Of a DNA stretch of 64,000 bases, positions 35,003 to 47,700 are shown piece by piece. Origin of the DNA: Azolla caroliniana (Eukaryota > Plantae > Polypodiophyta); NCBI GenBank assembly GCA_043228905.1, contig JBHGNT010000012.1, positions 8,680,001-8,744,000 of the forward strand. Reading direction: 5' to 3'. Both the position numbers and the translations under genes were made by a program. Positions within the stretch are counted from its first letter, which is position 1. Each line of letters starts with the position of its first letter. The notes below the pieces were generated by a model that saw only the letters and a program-made list of their open reading frames with translations, searched no databases and was not told the origin of the DNA.

Positions 35003-35685
35003 CAGTTAAAAGGTGTTTGTTGGTGTTTGATGATGTTGTGTGTTTTTATTTGGTGGGGTGTGTGTCCATTTGCCTTGTGCTTTCTTTCTAAAATTCTATC
35101 TCTGTTTTTTTCGGGTTTGTATTTATAGAGAGTTGAGTTGAGAGTGTTGGCGCGAGAGAGTTAGAAGAATGCGGTTGGTGGTGGTGGTGTCATCACGAGT
35201 GACCACCACGAATTGCCACTTGCCAATATATGACCAGCACTCCACCAACGAAAGAGTTTTTGCTTACATATGTGCTCCGGCTAAAGAAATCTGCCCACAT
35301 TTGTTACTCCCCTTCAAACTTTCGTGGATATGCTTCGACTCCGTGCCAACCATAAAAGTAAGATAATACAGAAAGCGTTGCACATATCCCCAATTCGTCA
35401 GGAGGTAGGAAACTTCAAACAACAATCTCCATCACTAATTTTGGGTCGCAATGTGTGAATTGTCCAAATACCCACTATCTGGGCATCAAATAACAACCCG
35501 ACAAGATTCGCCAAATCTGAGAAATGTAACTCCAAATCTGAACAAGAAATCCGACAATGAGTACTAATGATAATGTAGTTGACAATTAATATGAAGCACA
35601 TTGCATCTATTTGATGTCAATATCATCATCTATATTCTCTCTCTCTATCTATGCTATAACCTTTCTATTCAAATACCTCTAACCG

Positions 35686-36681
35686 TGGTATCAAATCAAA
35701 GCTCATTCGAACGAATTGATCATAGATTGATCGCGATGACAATGGAAGAAAAGGAATGAAGAATTGATGCTTTTTTTCCTTTAGTGAATTATAACAAACA
35801 AAGTCTAAGGTGATTACAACTCATCAATATCTTATCATCAAATCACATGGTTAAATATTTCATTTAATTTTGGTTGATATAGTATGTCTTATAGTAAATC
35901 CCAAAACCATTTCTGATGTTGATTTGAAATTTTGCTTCGAGAATATATGTCTATTGAAGGTGATAAGTGTGCATGTGAATATCAATAATGATTGTGATAT
36001 AAATCAATAATTAGAAGATGCCGTTACAAGTAGTAAAACTTGAGAAATTGGATAAAGATAATTATCCCTCTTGGAAGTAAAAAGCTGAATTATTTTTTGC
36101 ACTCACAAGATCTTTGGGATGTTGTCAAGAATGGTGATGAGTTGATGCAAGGCAATGTTAAGGTTGAAAAAGGTGCTAGTACAAGTGCCAAATTAATTGA
36201 GTTTCTTGAACCAAAAGTATGGCTAAAGAAAATTTATGTTGCTATAGAAATTATTTCTAATACATTAACTGCATCTTTGATTCCGCGTATTAAAAGATGT
36301 ACCACAACGAAAGGTATGTGGGATATGCTTGCACAAATGTCTATTGATATAACATCAGCAAGGAAAATGCAACATATAAAAATGGAAAAAGGGACTATCT
36401 TAGATTATGTTGCAAAAATAAGAAAACTCATGGATCAATTGAAAATGGTGGATTATGTCATTGATGATGATGAATGTGTAAGAGTTTGTTTAGAAGGATT
36501 ACCAAGGAATTATGATGTATTTAAAACTTCCACGCATGTGCTCAATATTCTATCTTTTGATCAGTTAATCCCAAAGTTATTACAAGAAGAACAAAATCAT
36601 TTCTCTACCTCATATATTTCTAATGATTGGAGTGGAAGTAATGCATTTTACTTGGGGCAAAGAAGAACTCCAAGATATTGA
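35686..36681 (+). pseudogene. Decayed Ty1/copia gag (UBN2-type) with a degenerate Met-i PBS
   Basis: TGGTATCA at 35686. Motifs FLHSQDLWDVV, TTKGMWDML and CLEGLPRNYDVF...LSFDQLIPKLLQEE. Confidence 0.75.
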
Positions 36682-37224
36682 GTTGATGGAAAACCAAATC
36701 AAAGAAGATTTTTGAATATTAATTTGAATTCATATTAGTTTCCAACCAAAATGCTTTTTCTCTAACGACAAAGCCAGTGGTGAGAGCCAGGTTGGTTTTT
36801 GGGGGCTCACTTTTTTTGGATAATGATCCAAAGGTGCAGATTGCACACGCCATTTGAAATGTGCCCTACACCATCCGTGTCTGCGATTTCCTCACCAAGC
36901 CTCATTATGATTTGGTTGCAATTAGAAACGAGCAGGCTAATTCACTTCACATTGACATTGTGAATACGGAGAGGGATGTAAGTATATTATGCTTGAAATA
37001 TTTACTATGGAACTCACCTCAACTCCATAGAATTGCTTGAGAATCAAGTTGATAGTGTAAAAGACTTGCTAAAGCAAAATGTTGAGTGTTATGTGGATGT
37101 AAGATATGAAGAAATGTTTTTTTTTCTCAATGCCAATGTATCATGTAGAGGCTGAAGCTTTACAAATTACATTCAATATGTATGTGTGTGTGTGTGCGCA
37201 CGCACTTGCATGTATATTTTGGAT

Positions 37225-37300
37225 AGGTCAACACACTCACCCATGTTTGCTAGAGCCCATTCCTTTGTCCACAATTAGCACCATCACTTCTATACAACGT
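37225..37300 (+). pseudogene. Short fragment of a LINE related to 17685-22280
   Basis: HTHPCLLEPIPLSTISTITSI versus RTHPYMLEPIPLSAIRTIASM in ORF2. Confidence 0.6.
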
Positions 37301-37554
37301 AGGTCACTCTCTTATGTGGAATGGGGTGTTGTGCCTTTTAATATTTCTGGACATAGATTGACCCATGTGTGATATTCATGGTATTTGCCATCCGTAATAT
37401 TCGAGAATAGAAAATGACCCCAAAAATATTACAGATCATTCCTTTATTTATTTATTATTTATTATTTAAAAAAAAAACAAATATTATTACATCTATTATA
37501 AAAAAAAATTATTACTCCCCTTTTTAATGTCAGATAAAATTATCAAATTATCAC

Positions 37555-40500
37555 CGTCAGGTAACCATCCACAGCACAAAGATCTCATACACCATGCAAC
37601 AACCGAAGGAGGACAACACTGTCAACATGCAACCTAAATTCATAGAACACGCACAAATTAACCCGGCCATGGAGCAAATGTTTCAGGCGATGTCGACAAT
37701 GATGATGCAAGTAAATCATACAAACCAAACGCTTATGACATGGCTTACAAATCAGTCCACAGGTGCCACGACTAGCAAACAGAAAGATTCAAGAACCTGC
37801 CCAAGATCCTTCTCAGGCCTTCCAACAGAAGATGTTCTAGCCTGATTGGATCATTTCGACAACGTGGCAAGCTACCATGAATGGTACGATAAAAGAAAGT
37901 CGTTAGAATTGTGAACGGTGCTAGAGCATGTTGCCGCCACCTAGTTCATTCAACAACCCGAAGAAATCAAACAGAATTGGACCTACTTACGCGAGCAACT
38001 CATACAACATTTCACAAACAATGACGTCACACAAATAGCCCTCCAACAATTAAACAACCTACGTCAACAAGCACATGAACCAATGGCACAATTCGCCATC
38101 AAAATGAAGTAGTTGTTACTACGGGTCGACCCCAATATGAAGGAGACCATGAAGCTCTATTTTCTGCTTCCACCATTACGCCACGACATATATCGTCGTG
38201 TCAGAGACCAAGGCCCAACTACATTCCAGATAGTGGTGCAAATCGCACAACGAATTGAGGAACCAGATTACATCAACCTATCACAACCGATACCACCTGC
38301 AAATAACAATATTCAAAAAATAGCAATTGAGCCAACCGTTGGCCCTATGCATATAGACGTCCAAAATGCACAATTTAGCACTAAAAAGAGTTTACCAGAT
38401 CGAGACAGTCATGGTAAGCCCCCTTTTTTTTATTGTAATGGGTACAACCATGTTAAAAAGTATTGCAGGAAGTTGGCAGCCTCTAGGCATCATCAAAATG
38501 CACAAATTCAATTGGCCGATGCTGCATCACTCGCTATGGAACAAGGAAACAGCCAAGCGAAGCATTGACGAAAGAGCAGCTCCCGCACATTCAAGGCGCA
38601 ACCTCTTCCAGACGCATGGTATGTTCCACAATAGCACAAATAAATCACACATCACATGAAGCCCTTTTAGATTCAAGAAGCACCATATCTTAAATTAGTG
38701 TAGATTTAGTTAAGTCACTGAATTTATCCACTTCACCAGTAGCGCCGATTTAGGTCATCTTTGGCGATAAGCAAAAAATATACCAATCCGCTAGACACGT
38801 ACATTGTACATTCACTCTTGCACAACACAACTTTCTTCATTCCTTTTACATCTTACTGCACCAACTATTTCCAATTACGTTAGGTTGTGATTGGTTTATA
38901 AAGAACGGCACACAATTGCACTTTGATACACAAATGTTAATTTTACCTAATACAAAACCAATAACCATGATTCCACTACTTAACACTCCACAATTTAGCA
39001 CACACATCTTGCACACACAAATTCACCTAGAACCACCACAAGTACGGCTAGCCACAATCTGTAGTATACTCCAGCAGTTCCCCGACCTATTTCACAAGCC
39101 TACAAAGACAACCAAAATCAATCTTCCGGTGCAACATTCTATTCCCACAGCCGATTCAACACCAGTTCGAACAACACCCCGACAACGATCACCATTAGAT
39201 AATCATCGAATCAATCAAGTAGTACAAGACATGCTAGAGAAAGACATCATCGAGTCATCAAGTAGCGATTGGGTTGCTTAGCCGCATCTCGTTCGTAAAG
39301 ATATGGTACATTCCGTTTTTGCATCGATTTCAAACCTTTGAACAAGATCATGAAGCATGATCTCTATCCATTGCCACACATTGATGACTTGTTGGATCAA
39401 ATCGGGAAGTCAAGATACTTCACATCATTGGATCTTGCATCTGGGTACTTGCACATCCCATTAGACCCTACCGACAAACATAAAACAGCTTTTCGCACAC
39501 AACATGGTTTATTCCAATTTAAAAGAATGTCATTCGGTCTATCCGATGCTAGAAGCACGTTCCAAAGAATGGCAAATACAATCTTTCAAGACCTCATCAA
39601 TGAAGGTGTGGTACTGGTGTACCGTGATGATATCCTGGTCCATACTTCTGATTGGCAGTGGCACACCCTAGTCTTGGGAGAGGTGCTCCGATGTATCCAG
39701 AAATATAATCTGCAACTACAATGGAAAAAATGTTAGTGGGGTGTGACATCATTAAAGTTCTTGGGATTTATCATTTCACCCACTAGCATTAGCATGGATC
39801 CTACAAAAATCAAAACCATAACAGATTATCCAACCCCGGCTAACGTCAAAACACTACAAAGTTTCTTGGGCCTAGTGATTTTTTCATTACGATTTGTACC
39901 ACAATTGGCCACAGTCACACAACCCCTTTAAATGCTTTTGAAGAAGGGAACCCAATTTACATGGTCCACTAAACAGTTTTAATGAAATAAAAAAACTCAT
40001 CAAAGATGCAGCCACATTAGGTTTTCCTGATTTTAGTCGAACATTCCGTGTGCAAACAGATGCGTCTAATGTAGGAATGGGTGCAATATTGCTACAACAA
40101 GACCACACAAATGAATGACAGCCTATCGCTTACATCAGCCGAGCACTAACAAAGGCAGAACAAAATTATTCAACAACAAAGAAGGAATTCTTGGCAGTGA
40201 TCTGGGCCTTCTAGAAATTCTACCCTTATTTGCATGGTACCACAGTCCAAGTTGAGATAGACCACCAACAGACTCCTCTCCTTGATGATCAACTAAAGTC
40301 ATCCACCAGGACAACTACTCAGGTGGGCATTGGCACTACAAGAATACAAATTTACACTAACTTACCGTCAAGGCATCACGAATATATCGTGGATTCCTTA
40401 TCCCGAATTGAGCATCAAGCCTCCCAACTCAGTATGTAAAAGCACGAGCCCCCTATTCACCCTCAACAAATCGCGGAACTACAACAACCAGACCCTACTA

Positions 40501-42543
40501 TTAAAGAGATAATCCTACAAATCCGAGGTAGGAAAAATCACATCCATCGTAACTTTATAATTATTAATAACATTTTACATTTTGTAAGTCAAGGTCAACC
40601 ATCACGAGTCTACGTACCATAGGCTCTTCGTCCAAGCTATCTAGAGTTCTACCACAACAGTCAACTCACCGGCCACTTTGGATTCCATAAGTTGTTACAT
40701 CACATTTGGTCCCTCTACTATTGGCCAAAGCTTCGTCAATCCATCTCCCAATTCCTGAAAGAATGTCCAACATGTCAGTCAATGAAGGCTCCACAACAAT
40801 CGTATGGGACATTACACCCCATAGAAGTCATAGAGCCCTTCGAGTTGGTGGGATGGGACCACATTGGCCCTTTCCCTACATCGATTAATGGCAATAAGTA
40901 CATTTTGGTGATCACGGAATACCTAACCCGCTGGTGTGAGGCGATTTCCCTATCCGATGCCACAGCTAACTCGGTCACCCATGCACTACTTCAACGAGTT
41001 ATTTTTCCCCATGGTTTCCCACGCCAACTTTTGTCGTACCAAGGATCACAATTCCACAGCGAGGTTATTCACATCCTTAGCCAGAGTTTGGGCATCACAC
41101 AAGACTTCACATCATCATATCATCCACAATCTAACGGGCTCACCGAACGCCTAAATTGAACAATTAAACAAGTAATCTCAGCATATGTGGATCTAGCAAT
41201 GGGCGCGGTTCGGTTTCTTGACCTTGAAACCAAACCAAATCAAACCATTTATTTATATTAAAAACCAAACCAAATTGTTTCAATTTTATGAAGTCATTTA
41301 AACCGAACCGTTTAAACGAAACTGTTTATGAAAAATTTAGAACCAAACCACATCAGGTTATCATAAATCAAAACCAAACCAAACCTATAAACCTTTAAAC
41401 CTTCAAAACTTTTAAACCTTTAAACCAAACCACATAAGCCGAAACTCGCTAAACCGTGAAATTCAAAACCAAACCGAACCGAAACCGATAAACCATGAAA
41501 TTCAAAACTGAACCGAACCGAAACCAAACCGAATCATAATATTTGAAACCAAACCAAACGGTTTATTTATCTTTGAACCAATAAACCATTAAGCCATGGC
41601 TTAACTGTTCAGTTCGGTTTGAGCCGAAACTGTGCCCATTGCTATGTGGATCCATTACACCAATCATGGGCAAGTTCTACCCTTTGCGGTTCATGCCTAC
41701 AATACCTTAGTACAAGAATCTACTCGCATCAACCCTTTTCGGGCACTGTATGGTCGCGATCCAAGGTTGCCACAAGACATAAATTCCATAAAAGCTCAAC
41801 CTCGCCACACGGATGCAGCCGAATGGTGGTTGCACCTCCAGACGAATCAACCACTATTGCGACGTGCAATCCAACACAACTTGTGAATGGCCCAACAATG
41901 ACAGAAAAGGCATTTCGACGCTTCTCACACGCCGCTCAAATTACAAATAGGAGAAACAGTTCGAGTATATTACCCGATTCACAAGGCAGGACTTTGCGAA
42001 TCATTCATGCATAGATGGTTAGGTCCTTACACGGTTTTGGCATGGATCAGACCACAAACATACTATTTGCGATGAACATCAAATTCCTTTGAGATGGTAG
42101 CTCACATATGCCGAATTAAACGAGTACCTGTAGCTACTCCGGATGCAAGCCGCGACATATCAGCTGAGGATCAGATTACATGCACCCCCGAGGTCGTTCC
42201 TGTTGATGACTCCAGTGTTGGTGTCGGGAGAGGTCGTTCCCCTTTGATTCTGCGGTCGAGATTCCCCCCTGTTGAGTTCCCTTGTGGCCGCCCTCTGTGT
42301 TCACCTTAAACCCTATTTATTTTTACTTTCAAAAAGGGGGGAGAGGGGGGAGGGTCGTGATAAGCCCTAACACCCCTTTTTCAAAAAGGGGGAAGTGTTG
42401 TGTAGTGGGCCAAGATTAGGAATAGTTAGTTAGTTTAGATGAAGAAACAACAAGAACATAATGTTTGTAACTAAAACTATTATAAATGGAAACTAAGGAA
42501 ATGACCAAAAGGTTAGACTTTGAGTGATATGGTGTGTGCTACA
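37555..42543 (+). mobile_element. Decayed Ty3/gypsy element with no visible chromodomain (gag-PR-RT-RH-INT, PPT, short LTR ~42396-42543); 5' LTR missing
   Basis: Motifs FYCNGYNHVKKYC, LLDSRS, YPLPHIDDLLD...SLDLASGY...KTAF, VLVYRDDIL, VQTDASNVG, PFELVGWDHIGPFP and YHPQSNGLTERLN. Many stops. PPT AAAAAGGGGGAAG at 42383-42395. Confidence 0.9.
41194..41644. mobile_element. hAT-type MITE (AACCG-rich) inserted in the gypsy integrase
   Basis: TIR TAGCAATGGGC / GCCCATTGCTA with perfect 8-bp TSD TGTGGATC (41186-41193, 41645-41652). Confidence 0.92.
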
Positions 42544-42597
42544 ATATTTATTGTTTTATTAAAAAATAAAACAAATACTTTTAAGCTTTATATCTAT

Positions 42598-43595
42598 TGT
42601 GGTGTCCCTTTCATGCAAGAGCATGCATTTGAACACACCACTCTTTTAGCCACTCCCGTTTAGCACATCACCCATTTTAGCCCACCCTTTTAGCACACCA
42701 TTTTGGGACACGTGTAGCTAGGCCGTCCCAAAATGGGTTCTTTGTATCTTCTATATATTGAATGATAAGTATGAAGCTAGCTAGACTGGTTTTGATCTCT
42801 TATGTGCATTTCACATATTGGTGGAGATGACGGGTCCCAATCCCCCACATCCAAGCATCCGCCTCTTCCGCTTCGTAGGTAGCATCGCCCTCACCACCAT
42901 CACCGACACTCTTGTTAGTCTCTTGTAGTAGTATCTCTTCTATTAGCACCCCCTTAGTTCACTAGTTAAGCCTCCCGATATCCACCGCTTCATCATCAAC
43001 ATCGCTTCATTGTCTCTATTTTTTAGTTTCTTTCGTGTTCTAGTTCCTGGTGAGGACCGCATGGTCGCTCACTCCCGTTTGTGTTCCAGTCTCCGGTGAG
43101 GACCGCACATGGCCACTCACTCCAACTATTGTTCGTGTTCCAGATCCCGGTGAGGACCGACATGGTCGCTCATGCCCGTTGTTGTTCGTGTTCCAGTTCC
43201 CGGTGAGGGCCACATGGTCACTCACTCGTTTGTGTTCCAATTCTCGGTGAGGACAACACGGTTGCTCACGCCCGTTGGTGTTCGTGTTCCAACTCTCAGC
43301 GAGGACCGTTCCAGTTCCCGGCAAGGACCACACATGGTCACTCATGCCCCTCAATCTCTTGTTTTTCTTAGGGGGGAAATGTGGTGTCCCTTTCATGCAA
43401 GAGCATGCATTTGAACACACCACTCTTTTAGCCACTCCCGTTTAGCACATCACCCATTTTAGCCCACCCTTAGCACACCATTTTGGGACACGTGTAGCTA
43501 GGCCGTCCCAAAATGGGTTCTTTGTATCTTCTATATATTGAATGATAAGTATGAAGCTAGCAAGACTAGTTTTGATCTCTTATGTGCATTTCACA
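42598..43595 (+). mobile_element. Complete TRIM-like non-autonomous LTR element (LTRs 42598-42815 and 43380-43595)
   Basis: Near-identical TG...CA LTRs, PBS TGGTGGAGATGACGGG at 42819-42834, PPT AGGGGGGAAA before 43380, TSD CTAT, and no coding region. Confidence 0.9.
43040..43345 (+). repeat. Internal tandem repeat of the TRIM (~40-55 bp unit, GTTCCAGTTCCCGGTGAGGACCGCATGGTCGCTCAC-like, ~6-7 copies)
   Basis: Directly visible. Confidence 0.85.
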
Positions 43596-44721
43596 CTATT
43601 ATAAAACCATTATTAGTGTGAGTTCCTTTTTAATGGTAGATCAAAATATCAAGTTGTGTGGGAGAGTAAAAAGTGGGGAATTAATGAACCTTTTATTTAT
43701 TTAAAAAATAAATAAAACAAATACTTTTAAGTTTTACATCTATTATAAAAATATTATTAGTTTAAGTTTCCTTTTTAATGTGAAGTAAAATATCCCCTTT
43801 TTATGCATTCGTCCTCTTTGTTATAACTTATATGGTATATCTAAGAAACTAAAAAGTAAGGAGTCAAGACTTTATGAAGACTTCTTTGTTTTTTTACGAA
43901 TATTTTTCCATGCATTCGTTTGGTAACCCCCAGGAATGTGAATATGTCAATCTATGTTTCTAGATGTTCCATAAACATTCCTCGTGCAAGATGCTTTTGC
44001 TCATAAACTTTCTACTTCATTTCACAAGAACAACCATGATGACATTCCCATAACTTCAATTTAAGCACACAACTTATCAAGATATTTCTAGCCATAGATC
44101 ATATGACAAGGTTATAAATGAACAGTGCTTTTAGTTCTAATTTACCCACCCCACCCCAAACTTAAAGCACATTAAATATGCAATAAATTTCCATATATGG
44201 GAAAAGGACTCATGCATGTTGTGCAAATCAATTGTGGAAACTCATGGAGCAAACCTTAAAGAGATGTGCAAAGTGGAACAATTGGAGACATGGCCGAAGA
44301 GAAGTACCAAGCAAAGCATGGAGTTTAGGGATTTTATTAATAGATGGAGATCAAGTGAGGGACGAGAAAATTGGGCTACTTGTAATGTCAGTGCTTCACA
44401 CATTTGAATGTCAACATTTTTAGGCTAACGGTTAAGTTTTGGATGTATGATGGTGAGTGAAGAGAAGGACAAAACACGATCATTCGCTTCTCCTCATAAG
44501 TTTTGTCCTTTCACACACCTTAGAAAACATTTGATTAGATGGAGAGCTCTTTTGCCTCATTTTTAACTTTCAATCCCCAATACATAAATAGCTTTTGGCT
44601 CAATATAAATATAATACATTTTTAACTTTTATACTACATTTGTTGCCTTGTTCTTTGTTTTTGTACACCTACAAAAATATGTGGCTCAACATAACACGTT
44701 TTTCAGCTTCAATCCCCAACA

Positions 44722-47700
44722 CTAAAGTGACTCGATACCATTTCCAACGTGGTGGTTTACGCAACAAGCATATTTCATTCTCATGGCCTCAACCCTTTCA
44801 GCATCTTCTTGCATGCCAGAAGATGCAAAAATACTAGCCATAAGGACATAGGCTGCAGCACAAGAATTATCTAATAGTAGTGCCTGATCAAAGGCAAATG
44901 ACCCGACTTTTACATTCCCCCATTTTTTACAAGCACCCAGAAGTGCGAGCCAAACTTCTGGACAATCTGATGATGGCATCGCCCTAATCATTGATATCGC
45001 CTCATTGAATTGACCCGCATACCCAAACACGACAAGAATGCAAGTAAGATGCTCTAAGCTTGGTGTAATACCATATCTTCTAGTCATGTCCTCAAAGAGC
45101 ATCTGAGCTTCTTCCAATAGTCCAGAGTGACTACATGCACTTAAGAGAGAGAGGAATGTAATCTCATCAGGTGAGAAACCCTCTGTTTTCATCTCCTTCA
45201 AGCAATTTAAGGCTTGATAACCTTGCCCTTGTTGGGCATATCCTGCGATTAGTGCACTCCATGAGACCTCATCTCGAATCTGAAGTTGTTTGAGCAAAAC
45301 ATGTGCTTTTTCGAGCATACCGCATTTGCAATACATGTCGATCAAAGCGGTGGCAAGCATAACATCCTTTTGTAACAGGCCTCTCCTCACAACTTCATCG
45401 TGAACTTGTTTACCCTTGCTTATTGCCCCTACGCTACCACATGCTTTCAACATGCAAATAAAAGTGGCCACATCGATACAAATATCTTCACTTAGCATAT
45501 ATTCGAAACAGTTCAGCGCTTCATGACCTTGGCCTTGTTGAGCATATTCTCCGATCAACACATTCCAAGAGACTATGCTTTGAATTGGAAGTTCTTTCAG
45601 AACTTTTTGAGCTTTATCAAGTAGACCGCATTTCGCGTACATTTCCACCAAAGCAGCCCCTAGCAAGTTATCCTTCTTCAGGAAGCCCCTACTCATTATA
45701 TCATCATGAATTTGTTTGCCCTTGTTTAAAGCGCCGGTGCTTCCACAAGCCTTCAAGGCACAAATGAAGCTCACCGAGTCTGGGGTGAGACCCTCAGTTT
45801 GCATCCATTCAAAATAATTGAGTGCTTGTTGAGCTTGGCCCTCTTGTATATAGCCTACGATTAATGCATTCCATGAGACTATATCTCTATGCAGAAGGTC
45901 ATCTAATACTTCTTGTGCTTTTTGAAGCATACCACATTTAGCATACATATCTACCAGAGCATTCCCAAGAGCAATATCCTTCTCAATTAAACCCCTCTTT
46001 CCAATCTCTTCATGAATTTTTTTGCCTTTGTCCATAGCTCCCATATCTCCACATGCTTTCAAGATGTAAATGAAGGTGACTATATCTGGGGAAAGTCCTT
46101 CGCTTTGCATTTGGGAGAAACAGTTCAATGCTTCACGATTTCTCCCTCGTTGTGAATAACCTGAAATCACTGCATTCCAAGAGACTATGCTCCGGTTAGG
46201 AAGTTCATTGAAGACCATTTCTGCTTCTGCCAGATCACCACATTTAGCATACATATCCACCAATACATTACCAAGCACAATATCCTTCTCGAACAAGCCT
46301 CTACTTGCTATCTCATCATGGATTTGTTTACCCTTGACTATATCGCCAACACTGGCACAAGCCTTCAAGACAAAAAGCAAGGTCACTTCATCAGGAGAAA
46401 GGCCCTCACTTCGCATCTGCTTATAGCAACTCAATGCTTCACGACCCTGATCCCTTTCAGCATAACCCGCAATCAATACATTCCACGAGATTGTGTTTCG
46501 AATAGGAAGCTCTTCTAACACTTGCAGTGCTTTAGCGAGAACACCACACTTGGTATACATATCTACCAAGGCATTCCCGAGCATAATATCCTTACCAAGC
46601 AAGCCTCTACTTATAATTTCATCGTGTATTTGTGTACCCTTGTCTATAGATCCCATATTGGCGCATGCCTTCAAGGCACAAACAAATGAGATTGCATCTG
46701 GTGCAAAACCCTCCTTTTGCATTCTTTCAAAACAGTTGAGTGCTTCATGACCTTGGCCCACGTGGGCATATCCTGCAACTAATGCATTCCACGAAACTTT
46801 GTCCTGAACAGGAAGCTCTTCCATCACCATCCGTGCTTCTCCAAACATACCAAATTTGGCATACATATCCACTAACGCATTGCCAAGTGCAATATCATTC
46901 ACCAGAAAGCCTCTACTCACAACCTCCGCATGGATTTGCTTTCCTTTCTCTACATCTCTTCTGATGCCACATGCCCCCAATGCACAAATGAAGGTCACCG
47001 TGTTCGGACAAACCCCCTCACTTTCCATCATTTCAAAGCAAATCAGTGCCTTGTAAATTTGTCCATGTTGGACATATCCGGCGATTAGTGCATTCCAAGA
47101 AGATACATCTCGAACAAGAAGCTCTTCGAGCACTTGCTTTGCTTTTACAAGCATACCACATTTAGAATACATATCCACTAGAGCAGCCCCAAGGACGATA
47201 TCCTTGTCCAACAAGTTCTCACTCTCAATCTTTTCATGAATTTGTTTGCCTTTATCTATGGTTTGTAGGCTTGCACAAGCCCTCAAACAACAAATGAAGC
47301 TTACCGCATCGGGTGAAATGCCATCACATTGCATCTCTTCTAATGTATTCAGTGCTGCATGAAATCTTCCACACTGGGCATACCCTGCAATCAGTGAATT
47401 CCATGAAACTACATCTCGAACAGGAAGCTCTTTGAGTACTTTTTGTGCTTCTAGAAGGGTACCACATTTGGCATACATATCAACCAAAGCATTTCCAAGC
47501 ACGTTATCTTTCTGTATTAAGCCCCTACACACAACCTTATCATGAATTTGCTTGCCCTTGTCTATAGACCCTACAATGCCACATGCTTTGAAGGCATAAA
47601 TGTATGTGACTAGATCTGGAGAAAATCCCTCACTTTGCATCCGTTCAAAGCAATCTAGTGCATTGTGACCTTGTCCTTGATGTGTATACCCCGCGATCAA

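Larger units (their letters stand above)
37352..43956. mobile_element. hAT-type MITE (homolog of 16172-16845, inverted) expanded by nested insertions
   Basis: TIR CATAGATTGAC / GTCAATCTATG. TSD TTTCTGGA (37344-37351) / TTTCTAGA (43957-43964). 37352-37550 and 43600-43956 match the reverse complement of the 16-kb MITE. Confidence 0.82.

Noticed and set aside
43040-43345. CRISPR array or coding repeat (ORF 43040-43435)
   Set aside because: Contiguous tandem units without unique spacers, inside a TRIM. The ORFs are by-products of the repeat.
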